The notes: generated by a model from the letters alone, not told the origin. 64,000 nt of DNA from Eledone cirrhosa (GCA_964016885.1 OZ024742.1:210614001-210678000); one strand, 5' to 3'. Shown: positions 37,640-50,930, counted from the first letter of the stretch. Numbers and translations are program-made.

Positions 37640-38620
37640 TAAATGTTTAAAGAAATATTACCTCCTCCACCCCCAAATACAGAAAATCAGCCTCTTTATG
37701 AACCGGATGGTTCTTACATCGCCCTGCAATTCCTGTAAAAACATTATTGAACCGCGAAAGACGTGTCCGTGTAAGACACAACCCACAAACTCTGACCATC
37801 TAACTGCAGTCAATCCTTTTGGTCTCCTGCTAAATCAAGCTTATGGAATTTTCCTTCTTAACTATGATGGTTCGATGAGCAGTATCCCACAAAGAAAGCC
37901 TCAATGTTGCCTGTCCGCTTTGTATTTAAGTCCTCACTGCATACTTAAATCCCCACCAAAACTATTATTTTCTATTTTTGCCAGGTTCACCATACACAAA
38001 GGTAAAAACCTCCCCCGCTTCGGTCACGAATGACCATGGGATTTGCACCTAGAAAGTTCCCCTCCGAGGCTCAAGTTCGAGTAAGGTTGTTTGCGAAAGA
38101 CCAACAGTGGCCATGCATACCAGTCTCTCCTTTCCACGCCTCCGATTTTGCCCAAGGGAAAGCAATGGGCAATACAGCTTGGTGCCAGTGACGTCACAAC
38201 TCATTTCTATAGCTGAGTGAACTAGAACAACGTGAAATAAGGTGTCTTGCTTAAGAACACAACGCAAAGCCTCGTCCGCGAATCGAACTCACAACCTCAC
38301 AATTGTAAGCCCGACGCTCTTATCATTATGGCCTTCACCATACACACATAGACGTCAAATGCAAAAATAGCTCTGGTCGATTCAAACCAGCAAAGCTATC
38401 GACCATGCCAATGTCCCGTCCATTACCCTATCTTCACCAAATTCTACAGTCCCATTCTCTCTTCTCTCCCTCCGGGCTGTATCCCTATTTTGGAGGACAT
38501 GTTATAATGCGTCCTATTCGGGCAGTGAGAGTCAACTGCCGTATTATCGCTTCCATTTTCAATATCTCAAAAGTGATGGAAAAAATCATCAACAACCTTC
38601 TCCCACACATTGAAATACTA
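37640..38620 (+). mobile_element. CR1/Jockey-like LINE relic interrupted by a SINE
   Basis: SGLYP..RPI..NCRIIASIFNISKVMEKIINNLLPHIE (RT N-terminal subdomains). Confidence 0.55.
37999..38333 (-). mobile_element. SINE family B with 13-bp target-site duplication
   Basis: TTCACCATACACA at 37986-37998 and 38334-38346; similar to 49505-49822. Confidence 0.8.
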
Positions 38621-38624
38621 ATCA

Positions 38625-38760
38625 TTGTTCCCGGGGAGTGGCGAGGGAGACACACTGGAATAGCGACTCCACCCCACGGGGTTCGCACTTGCGTGTAGCC
38701 AACTCCGCCCCGATAGCAGTGAGTAGGGATGTAGTCCGGAGACCAAGAATTATCCAAAGA
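38625..38760 (-). mobile_element. CRE-like 3' relic
   Basis: Reverse complement resembles 54720-54860. Confidence 0.6.
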
Positions 38761-39559
38761 AATATGAACATTTATAAAGCGTGGTATTGCCACGAGTCCT
38801 GCTAGTGTATATAAACGCAGTAGGTTAATCGTGGGCGGAAAACTGTACGATGATTAAGTAAATACGAAACACAGTAAGAATTTTCATGTTCATGTCACAT
38901 TTAAACGCTTAGATAAAGTCATTTTATACATAAAAACATTCAATGATAACCTGCTTATTTCTCCTGTTGTTTACTTTCACAGCATGTATGTTGTCTCCAG
39001 GAGAGAAACTTAATAATCTACACAATAATTAATTGAGTTGCTAGTTGAACAGGACACTTCTTATATGGGCGCATGATTAATGATTCTACCTGTAAGTGTT
39101 ATGATTAACTAATATGCTACTCAACAGGTGATATCTTCATTCGAACCATGGAAAGAATAGTTACTTAGTCGCACAACCTGCTAGAAATAACAGCTAAATA
39201 TTTCTCGAATCACATACTACCAATTTAAATAATGTATAATTGAATCGTAGATATCAGACCTGCCAACCTCCCAAAACCCCAAACGGGAAGAAATGAGGCA
39301 AAATGAGGAGATTTTACGTAATGAAAGCTATACCCAGTTTTACAAAAGAAGACATCTCTCACCCACCCAAAAGTGGGTGAAAGATCTCCCCGTCGGACGA
39401 GGAGAGTTGACGTAAAATGTAAAAAATAGCCATTTTAGAATATCAAACATCGGGTCATGGAACCTGTTCCCAACATTTACACAGTTCTAAAATTTCCTTA
39501 AAATAAACCCTGCATTCTATTTTACCGTTCTATCTTCAGGTAGGAAATACTTCCCCGCT

Positions 39560-40470
39560 CTCTGTCAGTGTGCCACCCCCTCCTGTCTCTCTCTCCTGCA
39601 GTTAATCCTAGATCTGTGTTTAGTGCAGTATCGACAGGTGCATTGCCAGGTAGCATATTTGAATTGACGGTCATATTGCATTTCAAGATCTTTAGTTTGC
39701 TGATATCCACTATTTTTGGTGCAATTCTTCTATCCTTCTACTACGCCAGTCTCACAAATTGAATGTGTTACGCAATCAGTGAATCAATCAGCCCCCTCAT
39801 GGCATGCGTACAGCTAATGTCTGTAATATTGTCCTTGTAAGTGAGTCCACAGTCCAACAAATGTCGTCGTTTCGTCTGTGGTGGTGTAACAGTTGCAAAA
39901 CTATTTTTGAGGAAGTCAGAAGAAGTTTGTTATGACTAGATCGTATTTAGTGCATAGTTCTAGTAAAAGTTGAGATTTTCTAAGGGAACCGAACACAGGT
40001 TCTTATGTTTAGTAATCTCTCCTTACTTTTACCTTAAAATCATTTAGGACAAGCAGCTTGTCGGTTGTTGGCACTGTGTCTAGCCTTTTACGCAGAGAAT
40101 CATAGAAATACCTCTTCTTATTCCGCTCACTTGTCATTGTAGGAGCTTAGACACTAAAAACAGTCATACTTGGATTTCCACCCAGAGAGCTAATCGTACC
40201 CTAATTAACTTGTCGGATTTTGTAACTGGAGGTGACACCAATTTGATGACAAGAGTGATCCCGACTGCTAGGTCAACATCAGCTTCACTCCGAATAGCAT
40301 TTCCATTTCCCAACCAGAAGAAACTGTAGCTCTGCTTTCTCAACTCTATTGGCTTCTCAGTCAAGTTTCTGGCAGTGCGGCAATGTCTATGTATCAACTC
40401 CTTTTCTACTATCGCAGTCCTTCGTTGGAGATTTCCACAGTTGGTTATATCTAACATCTTTCCGACCATC
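39560..40470 (-). mobile_element. Old RTE LINE relic (APE domain onward)
   Basis: QRRTAIVEKEL..YSFFWLG..SDKLIRVRL; PGNAP. Confidence 0.6.
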
Positions 40471-40901
40471 TTGGGCCCAAAATCAATTTGATGTGTTTAC
40501 GACGTTTTATTTTAAAAAATGTGATGGAGAATCTACTAGGTGTGGTATCCTAGTCAGGTTATGTTGAGTGAGTGGTTTTTACCCCGGCTTTTATCGTTCA
40601 TCCTCGTTAATATATTGGCACACGGCGTATATAGGGCATTTTGTTTAAAACCTAGTGGAGCCCATCCCCTCCCCAGCATATATCTTCCAGGGAAGGATAG
40701 AAAGTGAGAGAATGGTAGTAAGAAAGATATATAGAAGAATCGACCCCAGTACTAGACTAGTACTTTTTTTTATCGACCTCGAATAATGGATGAAAGGCAA
40801 AGTTAACCTCAACAAAACAAACGGCATAGTACACGGAAGAAATATATTAGTTTAACGCTTTAAATAGCAAGAAGAGAGTCTTAACGTTTCGGACACTAGT
40901 C

Positions 40902-40940
<39 letters not shown>

Positions 40941-41197
40941 AAACATGTCTATAGAATCACCAGATAAAATATATACCATTTCCTCTCCCAATTAGCATAA
41001 TTAACCATATGAAAAATCGATTAGACCAAGCTATAAGAATAAAGGCTTCTATGAAGAAATCTCCGACAAATAACCGAAAGCAGCCCTTCGCGTCAGTTGC
41101 GACGGAATATTTATCGAGTATTTCGACAACGTGTATGAATCGCTTAGATATACAGTCAACCAAACAATAAAATAAACTAGTGTGTAAAATAAACTAG

Positions 41198-41255
<58 letters not shown>

Positions 41256-41311
41256 GAAAGACGTAAAATAAGAAAATTTTAAAAATTAAAAATCAACTTA
41301 CTAAAATTTTC

Positions 41312-41394
41312 ACTCCAACTAATTAGTTTCTGTAAGGGGATAAATATAGTTACGTAATATAACTATAGAGAATTCCTTACGTCATCAGGGAGTC
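41312..41394 (-). ncRNA. Type-I hammerhead motif, array copy 1
   Basis: actcc-CTGATGA-c-gtaagg..ccttac-a-GAAA-ctaattag-TT-ggagt. Confidence 0.75.
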
Positions 41395-41843
41395 TATTCT
41401 CAGCTAAGTTCCCAGGCGATGCGCGGACACTAGGAACCCATATAAAAATAATAATTCAGTGGATGAATAAAGCTAGCGAGGACTAAATTCCAGAGCACTG
41501 AAAAAATTCACTGCCTCTGGTCAGTGGCAGATTCTAAAGAATCAGTCACGTGACACTGAGGTTAATCAGTTAGGAGAGGGGTGGTATTATGACAAGAGCC
41601 TACTACTACCATGAATCAGCAGTAAATTTTGGCAAGTTTTGCTCAACAAATAATTTGGAGATAAATATAGAGAATTAGTACATTACCAACATATGTGTAC
41701 AGATGTACATCCATGCTAGCAGATATATATGTTATGTCTTAGTACCTTTGTGGTTCTATGCAGGGGGATGCAGAACAATTATATGAAAGACGTAAAATAA
41801 AACTTTTTAAAAATTAAAAATCAACTTACTTACTAAAATGTTC

Positions 41844-41926
41844 ACTCCAACTAATTAGTTTCTGTAAGGGGATAAATATAGTTACGTAATATAACTATAG
41901 AGAATTCCTTACGTCATCAGGGAGTC
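41844..41926 (-). ncRNA. Type-I hammerhead motif, array copy 2
   Basis: Identical core, 532 nt from copy 1. Confidence 0.75.
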
Positions 41927-42848
41927 TATTCTCAGCTAAGTTCCCAGGCGATGCGCGGACACTAGGAACCCATATAAAAATAATAATTCAGTGGATGGAA
42001 TAAAGCTAGTGAGGACTAAATTCCAGAGCACTGAAGAAATTCACTGCCTCTGGTCAGTGGCAGATTCTAAAGAATCAGTCACGTGACACTGAGGTTAATC
42101 AGTTAGGAGAGGGGTGGTATTATGACAAGAGCCTACTACTACCATGAATCAGCAGTAAATTTTGGCAAGTTTTGCTCAACAAATAATTTGGAGATAAATA
42201 TAGAGAATTAGTACATTACCAACATATGTGTACAGATGTACACCCATGCTAGCAGATATATATGTTATGTCTTAGTACCTTTGTGGTTCTATGCAGGGGG
42301 ATGCAGAACAATTATATGAAAGACGTAAAATAAGACTTTTTAAAAATTAAAAATCAACTTACTTACTAAAATTTTCACTCCAACTAATTAGTTTCTGCAA
42401 GGGGATAAATATAGTTACGTATTTTATTTTTTAAAATTTTCTTATTTTACGTCTTTCATATAATTGTTCTGCATCCCCCTGCATAGAACCACAAAGGTAC
42501 TAAGACATAACATATATATCTGCTAGCATGGGTGTACATCTGTACACATATGTTGGTAATGTACTAATTCTCTATATTTATCTCCAAATTATTTGTTGAG
42601 CAAAACTTGCCAAAATTTACTGCTGATTCATGGTAGTAGTAGGCTCTTGTCATAATACCACCCCGCTCCTAACTGATTAACCTCAGTGTCACGTGACTGA
42701 TTCTTTAGAATCTGCCACTGACCAGAGGCAGTGAATTTTTTCAGTGCTCTGGAATTTAGTCCTTGCTAGCTTTATTCCATCCACTGAATTATTATTTTTA
42801 TATGGGTTCCTAGTGTCCGCGCGTCGCCTGGGAACTTAGCTGAGAATA

Positions 42849-42932
42849 GACTCCCTGATGACGTAAGGAATTCTCTATAGTTATATTACGTAACTATATT
42901 TATCCCCTTACAGAAACTAATTAGTTTGAGTG
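42849..42932 (+). ncRNA. Type-I hammerhead motif, inverted array copy
   Basis: Same core; one stem I mismatch (tgagt instead of ggagt). Confidence 0.65.
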
Positions 42933-43103
42933 AAAATTTTAGTAAGTAAGTTGATTTTTAATTTTTAAAATTTTCTTATTTTACGTCTTTCATATAATTG
43001 TTCTGCATCCCCCTGCATAGAACCACAAAGGTACTAAGACATAACATATATATCTGCTAGCATGGGTGTACATCTGTACACATATGTTGGTAGATGTACT
43101 AAT

Positions 43104-43140
<37 letters not shown>

Positions 43141-44289
43141 GCCTGTATTATATTCTTGCTATTCCAATAATACCACCGATTTCATAACATAATTCTATAG
43201 TAACTATACCCGAATACCGCCATGACTATAATGGGAAACTGGAATAGACCTCCGTCGGTTTCGACGAGGAACATTTACAGTTGTTCGATCTACTAAACAC
43301 CCTGCTTGTAAAATTAACGTATAATTGGGTGAACAATCCACTGATACGTGTAATCATAACGTAATTTTCTAGAAGCTTCTGAGTGTGACTAGGATGCTCA
43401 TTTGAATTACAAGTACAGTAGTCCATCAGTCGGGCTTTCAAACAGTTTCCTTCTACCTAGTTTCACCCACAAGGCTTGGGTCGACTTGACACTATGGTAA
43501 ACAAATGACGCTACGCAGTGTTATCGAAACCGCGACCTACCACCACCACAAATACCAGTGGTACCACCAGCACTACTTCCACCACCACCACCACGAATAC
43601 CAGCATCACCACCATCACTCTACCCCACCCAAAATACCAGTGGTATCCCCTACCACCAGCACTTCCATCGCTGCACAAATACCAGTATCACTACTACCAC
43701 CACCACCTCCATCACCACAAATACCCACAGCACTACTACCACAAATACTTGTGCTACCACTAGAACTACTTCCACTACGATCATCAGTAGTATCATCTCC
43801 ACCAACATCAACAATATAAACAAGATGAGACTGATAAGAGTTCTGCTATTTTGTAACCGAACCTCATAAAAACAACAAATTATACGTGTTGAATCATATA
43901 TCTTTGCATCTTATTCCTTATATACGACTGAATCATCTCTCCTTTTTTTCTCATTAAACCTGATTATCAATAAAGACTGTACGTATGTATGTCTGGGTGT
44001 GTTTATGTATGTAAATGTATTTATAAATTACTGGTGAGTTAACACAGCAGTAATTTATTAATTTAATTTGCTGCCAAGAATGCATTATATAAGCAAACCA
44101 GTCTCTCCCATTTACTCAAGTCCTTATTAAGAGTCAGGACAGTTACATCTTAAGCCTTTTTTCTTATCTTTCCTTCTAAGATTGAATTTGACAGGGACGG
44201 TATCAGTATTTCTGCGGGAGTCTCTAATCTTATATAATTTGATGTCAAAAGAACGCCGTGTGTCTTTTGATGTCAAAACCCCGATATTG

Positions 44290-44540
44290 CGGCCCACAGC
44301 GCAGAGGTCAGGAAGACAAACAAATACCGGGGCTTGTCCGGCCGCTTCATCATCGCACCGGTGGCCGTCGAGACCTCAGGCGTCCTCGGACCCTGTACTG
44401 CCGAGCTCCTCCGTAAAATCGCAACGTCAGCAGCCTGTCTGAGGAAGGAACCCCACGAGGTGGGCTAACTGCTGCAATGGGTGTCGCTGGCTATTATCCA
44501 TGAAAGTGCCATTGCAGTTTTGTCCGTGGGGCGCAGCCCC
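44290..44540 (+). mobile_element. CRE-like 3' relic
   Basis: KYRGLSGRFIIAPVAVETSGVLGP..LLQWVSLAIIHESA. Confidence 0.7.
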
Positions 44541-45039
44541 AACACCGCCCCACATTAGGCATAGAGCTATCAACCGCTCCCCTTCCCCCTCTCTTTCTTC
44601 CATGGCCTAATAGTCCTTGCTATTTCCCTCCTTTTCCTCCCATTCATGGCATTTATAGCCCTTTCTCTATTTTCCTATACAGCCAGATCTGCCCTTCTCT
44701 ACCCTCCACTCCCTGTTCATTGCTTGGTTTTGTTTTTATCTTTTTTTCATATTTCCACCAATATTTGTAATATTATTTATACAACTGTGAATAAAAACTG
44801 GTGTAGAAATTAAAACAAAAATTAACTAATTAATAATCAACAAATGAAAATAATATAAAAAATGAAAATACCGTTCTAATTTAGAATCAAAATTCATGCT
44901 CTGCCTCAAATTATATTTCATAATTTATAATAGTTGTTTCTACTTTAGGCACAAGGACAGCAATTCACAGTGCATTACTGGTACTTTAATTTATAATAGT
45001 GATCTCCATCAAGATAAGATCTTCTCTATACTGGTCTAG

Positions 45040-45325
45040 AGTAGTGGCACTCCGTCGATTACGACGACGAGTATTCCTGCTGATACGATCAACGGAACAG
45101 CCTGCTCGTGAAATTAACGTGCAAGTGGCTGAGCATTCCACTAACACGTGTACCTTTAACGTAGTTCTCAGGGAGATTCGGCGTGACACAGAATGTTGCA
45201 AGACTGGCCCTTCGAATTACAGGTACAACTCCTTTTTGCCAGCTGAGTGGACTGGAGCAACGTGAAATAAAGTGTCACCGGGAATCGAACTCACGACCTT
45301 ACGATCGTGAGCAGAATACCCTATC
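45040..45325 (-). mobile_element. SINE family B
   Basis: Reverse complement of the 36335-36645 type. Confidence 0.75.
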
Positions 45326-45772
45326 ACATTGGTCTAGTGGAGACAATCTAGTCCTAATGATTTAGAATTTTAATTATTCAGTTATATTTGAAGATTATTT
45401 CAAGTGGAAAAAAACAAATTTCAAATATTAAGAATCTACTGATGGTCTCATTCTTTATATTTCTTTTAAATTTTCTTTAACGTTTGCCGAGTGATTTTCT
45501 TTCATTTTTTGTTTGTTTGTCTTTAACCTTTTTACTTAACATGATTGTTGTATTTCGAACAATTGTGTCTTTCTACATTTAGCTATCATGTAAAATGAAA
45601 AGCAAGTGAGAAGTTGGTGCTTCATTACAAATTACACCAAGATTACAACCACAAATTACAGGGTGAATGTTTCATGTATTTCGTACGACAGAGAAATACT
45701 ACTGAGCCAACGGAAAAGTGAACTTTGTAATAAAACCTATTCAAGGTAAGATTCAATATATTCAGCATAATA

Positions 45773-46094
45773 CAGTTGTTCTCTGGTATTCGCGGGGGTA
45801 AACATTCCTAGAGTACCCGCGAAGAGTGACGACCGCGAATATTGAACGTGGTCCATAAAACTGCTATAAACGTCAAAACATAAAAAATATAGGCCGGCAA
45901 ATACGATATATTATTGATAATTTAGCGTTAAAAGGCACGAAAGTATATAGATTGCCACGAAAAAGGCCATAAAATAATCGCGGAAGATATTTACGATTCC
46001 GCGAATATGTTGTGATTTCCACGAACAATTATTAGTTATGTTCGAAGGAAAATTCCGCGAATAACCGGGACCGTGAATGCCGGGGGGAACACTG
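45773..46094. mobile_element. Tigger/pogo-like (Tc1/mariner) MITE
   Basis: TA|CAGT..GGTATTCGCGG / CCGTGAATGCC..ACTG|TA, internal CGCGAA repeats. Confidence 0.7.
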
Positions 46095-46254
46095 TATTTG
46101 CTCAATAACTAATAATTCAATAAAATAGTAAATAACTAATAATTCAATAAAATAGTAAATAACTAATAATTCAATAAAATATGTAAATATACAATGATAC
46201 AATTACATGATATGTAATCATATATTATATCTAATGAATGTAAAATATATAAAA

Positions 46255-46460
46255 ATTTCTGATTTAGGCACAAGGCCAACAATTTCGGAGAGAGGAGAAA
46301 GTTGGTTAAATCGAGCCCAATGCATTACTGGTGCTTTATTTTATCGACCTCGTAATGATGAAAGACAAAGCTAATCTCGGCGAGATTTGAACTCAGAACA
46401 TAAAAGATTGTAACTATATATCACAAAGTAAGTTGCCCGATGTCCTGCCAATCCAACGCC
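46255..46460 (-). mobile_element. SINE family A, diverged
   Basis: TTTTATCGACC..GATGAAAG..GATTTGAACTCAG. Confidence 0.75.
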
Positions 46461-46959
46461 ATCATCAAACAGAAATTGTTATATGTTAAAAAATAGATTG
46501 TTGTCAGAGAAATTTCATTCGTTCATTAATAACATCAATAAACTACAATTAAATGATACTAATTCTTCACATGGTTAAATAACATATATGATATGAATAC
46601 ATATTGAGTCTCTACGAACGTATAAAAAAATACCATCCGACGAGGAGATCTTCCACCCACTTTGGGTGGGCTAGAGATGTCTTCTCTTGTGAAAATGGGC
46701 ATAGTTTTCATTATGTAAAAACTCCCCATTTTGCCTCATTTCTCCCCGTTTTGGGGCACTTTTTTTCATGATACTCCCCATTTGGGTTATTAGAGGTTGG
46801 GAAGTCTGAATACATATTTCCTCAACTATCGATATTTTCACTGAGAAATGCTAAGAAGGATAGTTGTTTGTTAGGCTTTCACCTGATATGTCGTTTATAA
46901 GAAGGTCGATATTTTACACATGTACAGAACTATGGATTTATAGGAAGTTGTGATGTGTG

Positions 46960-47250
46960 GAGTCACGTGGCCTAGTGATATAGCTGTTGGACTTACGATC
47001 TATATGTCGTGGGTTCGATTCCTGGACTGAGTTGTTGTGTGTTGTATTCTTGAGCAAAATACTTCATTTCACGTTGCTCCAGTATACTCAGCTGAAGACG
47101 AGTGCCAGCAATAGCTAGGGATTTAACCCTACAATGGACTGGCGTCCTGCCCAGGAGGTAGTCTTGAACTCTTAGTCGCTCAACGTCACGTTAACTGGAG
47201 TAAGCACCGGCCTGATGAGCCTACGGGCCCCGAGACAGACTTTAGACTTT
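46960..47250 (+). mobile_element. tRNA-derived SINE (family B head, different tail)
   Basis: TGGCCTAGTG..GGTTCGATTCC..TTCTTGAGCAA..GTTGCTCCAGT. Confidence 0.7.
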
Positions 47251-48074
47251 AGTGATGTTTTTGTGTTTCCTTGTGGCATTAGGGGTATCAGTTAACTGAA
47301 GTTGTAGGAACAGGTAATCCTTACACGATTGATAACAGAACTCTCGAGAACCTGCTTCTTTTTTAGAGCGCTTAATTAATAATTTCTTCGGTGATTACTA
47401 GGAACTCTTACATAGAATCAGATCTACCGGATACACCAAAAGTCAACCGCGATTTTCAGCTTCAGTGAAGCAATCAGCCATGTCTGACACGAGAATCTTC
47501 TGGTAAAGTTGCCTATATATTCTGTCAGTTTGTCAATTTTGGATGGGAAGTTTATTGTCAGAACGCTTCATCATATCGTATTTCAGTAGTGTTTTCTAAA
47601 TTATATTCTATTAATTTTGTTATTATTTGGGGCTTGGCCCATGCCTTCCACACTCTTCTTTATGTACATAACTGAGCCTCCACATGTCCCTTATAAATAC
47701 ATACACACTCACACACGCACGCACATACGCACACGCTTAATGCAAGAATGTCTTACTCCCTAAACCTCGTATTTCACTCAATACTTTAACCTCTGATATA
47801 CTGTTCTTGGAAACTTTCCGTCAACCTATGGATGTATTATTCGTAAGGTTAACTAGGCTGAGGCTTAGGGGTTCTAAAGGGACTAACTTTTGTTATACTG
47901 AGGTGAAAGATTGAAATGCGAAAGAGGGCAAAAAATACCTGAAAGCCTGGTGGCCTGGTCATGAGATAATACGGCCCAGTCTCAGCCTACACCTAGACAG
48001 GTTCAAGTTCAACTATATTTTTGTATTGTTTGAGAACAATCACCCGAAGTAAATACCACCAAGTATTTAATAAT

Positions 48075-48445
48075 GATTTCTAATTTAGATACAATACCAG
48101 CAATTTTAGAGGAAAAGTAAAGTCGACTATTGCGACCCAAGTATGTTACTGGTACTTTATTTTATCGCCTTCTGAAAGAGGAAAGGCAAAGCTGACCCCG
48201 GTAGAATTTGAACTTAGAATGTAAAGGGCCGAAACTAAATGCTACAAAGCATTTTGTCCAACACTGTAACGATACAGTCACACACCCACCAACAATTTAA
48301 CAATTTTTTCTACTTTTGGTACAAGGCCAGCAATTTGAAAGGGAGGGGGAAAGTCGATTAAATCGACCCCAGTGCGTTACTGGTGTTTCATTTTATCAAC
48401 TCCACGAGGATGAAAAGTAAAGCTACTATTGGCGAGATTTGAACC
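48075..48445 (-). mobile_element. Two adjacent diverged SINE family A copies
   Basis: Two blocks with CCAGCAATTT..GTCGA..TTACTGGT..GAAA..GATTTGAAC. Confidence 0.7.
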
Positions 48446-49504
48446 ATAAAACTATCGTGTGATGTGTAAAATCTGTATTTTAGCCAGATGTATTAGATCA
48501 ACTAATTTGAGATGCTACCATTAAATCTATTTCACAATCTAAATGATTTTTTCTTTTCTGATTTTCTCCCTATTTTCTTTTAGAATACCTTCCATTTTGA
48601 GACGGACCGATTTATCAAGCCCGTGTGCTATTGAAGCATCTACACTTGAATGGTGGCACTTTCAACAGAAGATAAAATCTTTCATACGTTTTTAAAGCGA
48701 TTTCTTCGCATTTTTTCACGTGCGACTGAAGTAAATAGTCCACGAGATACAGTTACAGCGGTAGGTATGGTGGAAAATAGCGTAAGAAACCTTTTTCTTT
48801 TGTTATTTTTACTGAGAGTAGTTCTTAAAAACGACGTTGCTGCAAATTCAGCCGAAAAGCAAATATGTTTCAAATGAGCAAGCAAGCATGAAAGCATGTG
48901 TGTATGTATGCATATATATATATATGTGTGTGTATGTGTGCGTGCGTCTCACTCTGTGTATATGTGTGTGTGTGTTTAAGTACGTATATATGCAGGTTCG
49001 GCCCAGTTCACCATCATCTCAAGCAATTTCTACCTGGGACCTTGATGTGCATTTGGCATCTTCAAAGTTCAAAGACAAAAATAAATACCTGATTGTTTGA
49101 AATAGATTTAGGTTAGCATCTGATTGTTGCGCCCCACCAAAGATGTTACTGAAACAACAGCTGAGAAGCGCACATGTCTTCAGAAAGTTGAGTTCACCGG
49201 CACAAAAAAAAAAAAAAAAAGAATTTTTGGCACTACTCCCCTCAAACTGCATGTACTCCCAAGTACATTTTTGAACTCAACACATTGTTCGTGACATGAG
49301 TACCATTTTTTTTGCTTGCTTCGAGGACTGCACTATCCAATTCCTTGAATTCAGAATTAAAATTTCAGCCTCTTAAAAAAAAACAACAACAACAACAACA
49401 AAAAAACGACTTTAAAAATAGCCTGTAATTTCTTCAATGGTCTACGCATTCCGAAAGAAAGAAAACCGCTGACACCAACCCTATATGTTTAGGGTAAAGA
49501 TCTT

Positions 49505-49822
49505 TTCCGGTCACGAATAACCATGGGTTTTGCAGCTAAAAATTTCCTCTCCAAGGCACAAGTCCAGGCAAGGTGCTTTTGTGGAAAACCAGCAGTCGCC
49601 CATGCGTGTCAGTCTCCTATTTCCATGCCACCGATGTCGTCCAAGGAAAAGCAAAGGCCGATATAGCTTGGCACCAGTGACATCGCAACTCATTTCTACA
49701 GCCGAACAACATGAAATAAAGTGTCCTGCTCAATGGTATAACACACCACCCAGTCCGAGAATCGAACTTGCAACCTTACGATTATGAGCCCAACGTTCTA
49801 ACCACTAAGCCACGCGCCTTCA
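49505..49822 (-). mobile_element. SINE family B
   Basis: Ends ACCACTAAGCCACGCGCC (reverse A box); body like 38000-38333. Confidence 0.8.
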
Positions 49823-49856
49823 TTACCTATATATTTATAGCTCTATATAGTTAAAG

Positions 49857-50020
49857 TAGGCATGGGCAACCTTTTTTGAGCAGTTGACTACATAGGATGT
49901 GGCTTTTCATAAGGTGGGCCGCACTACTAAAAATGTCAAGGCAATTTTGAAATTAGGGGTGTCATTCAGAAAACCAAACGAATCACACGCAGCTCGTGGG
50001 CAGCAGTTAGGCTATGCCTG
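49857..50020. mobile_element. hAT-Charlie-like MITE
   Basis: TAGGCATGGGCAAC / GGCTATGCCTG; 8-bp TSD-like AGTTAAAG / ATTTAAAG. Confidence 0.65.
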
Positions 50021-50760
50021 ATTTAAAGCTTTACAATTAATAACATTATCCGTGATTATAGTAATAGTTTTCACTGTATATGCAGTTGATTTCAATATTC
50101 GTTTCCCAGGGTCTTTTGCTATATGCTAATGTCCATTGCATGATTTTGGAACTTAATATGTTTGTTATAGAGCCGTTTTTCAAATTGTAAACTCCCATTA
50201 TATGAATTGATTCTGACCGACAAAAACTAGTAGAGCGCCAGATAAAACATTTTATGCTATTTCCTTCAAAACTCGCTTCCACGTAGTCATTCATCACTCA
50301 GATATCGATATATGTACTGATGCTGATGTAATCGACTACGTCTTTGACAGTGGTGCTCCAGCATGGCCCAGTCTAATGACTGAAACCAATAAAGAAATAA
50401 AAATATAAGAATATATATTGGGCTTAGATTATTGTCTAGATGAGGAATATCATTATTTATTAACTTTAATCAACATTGGATTCGACTTCGTGCAAAAGTA
50501 AGGAATTTCTTAAGAATAGAATGTTGGTTGTCTGTTGTAAAGATTTACTTTAGTGGTTAACAGCGTTTGTCTCCTCCCTGTTCCTGGTACTGATTGAACT
50601 GCCAAAGTTTATACTGCTTGAGACGCATGCAACTCAAGGGCCGATCCTGCTTTACGTACGAACATAGATACACGCACATATACAGTCACTCGCACAGGCA
50701 CACACACCCACACAAACATGCATTCACCGCCATACATATATATATATATATATATATACA

Positions 50761-50930
50761 CAGTGCCAGATTTAGGACAAATGAGGTCCTGTCCTAGATA
50801 TGTTGTGAGACCTTTACGTTTGAAAAATTCATCGTAAAAATTTGTTTGGCAGGAAGATGGGGCCCCCCTCCACTGGCCAACTGGGCCCTGTGTTTAAGGT
50901 CACCTAAGCACAATGGTAAATCCGGCACTG
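50761..50930. mobile_element. hAT-type MITE
   Basis: TIR CAGTGCCAGATTTA / TAAATCCGGCACTG within TA repeats. Confidence 0.75.

Larger units (their letters stand above)
41251..43108. repeat. Tandem plus inverted array of a ~533-bp non-coding unit carrying a hammerhead ribozyme motif
   Basis: Units 41251-41779, 41780-42312, partial 42313-42420; inverted ~42427-43108 with full unit 42463-42996; (TA)n on both flanks. Confidence 0.92.

Noticed and set aside
43505-43869. His- or Thr-rich ORFs
   Set aside because: Low-complexity (CAC/TAC)n sequence with no domain or splice support
47205-47240. CCTGATGAGCC as a hammerhead
   Set aside because: No GAAA, stem III or stem I follows; it is part of a SINE tail
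48600-48880. Mariner transposase relic (FPPYLP..LF..RF on the minus strand)
   Set aside because: Too degenerate to support without alignment
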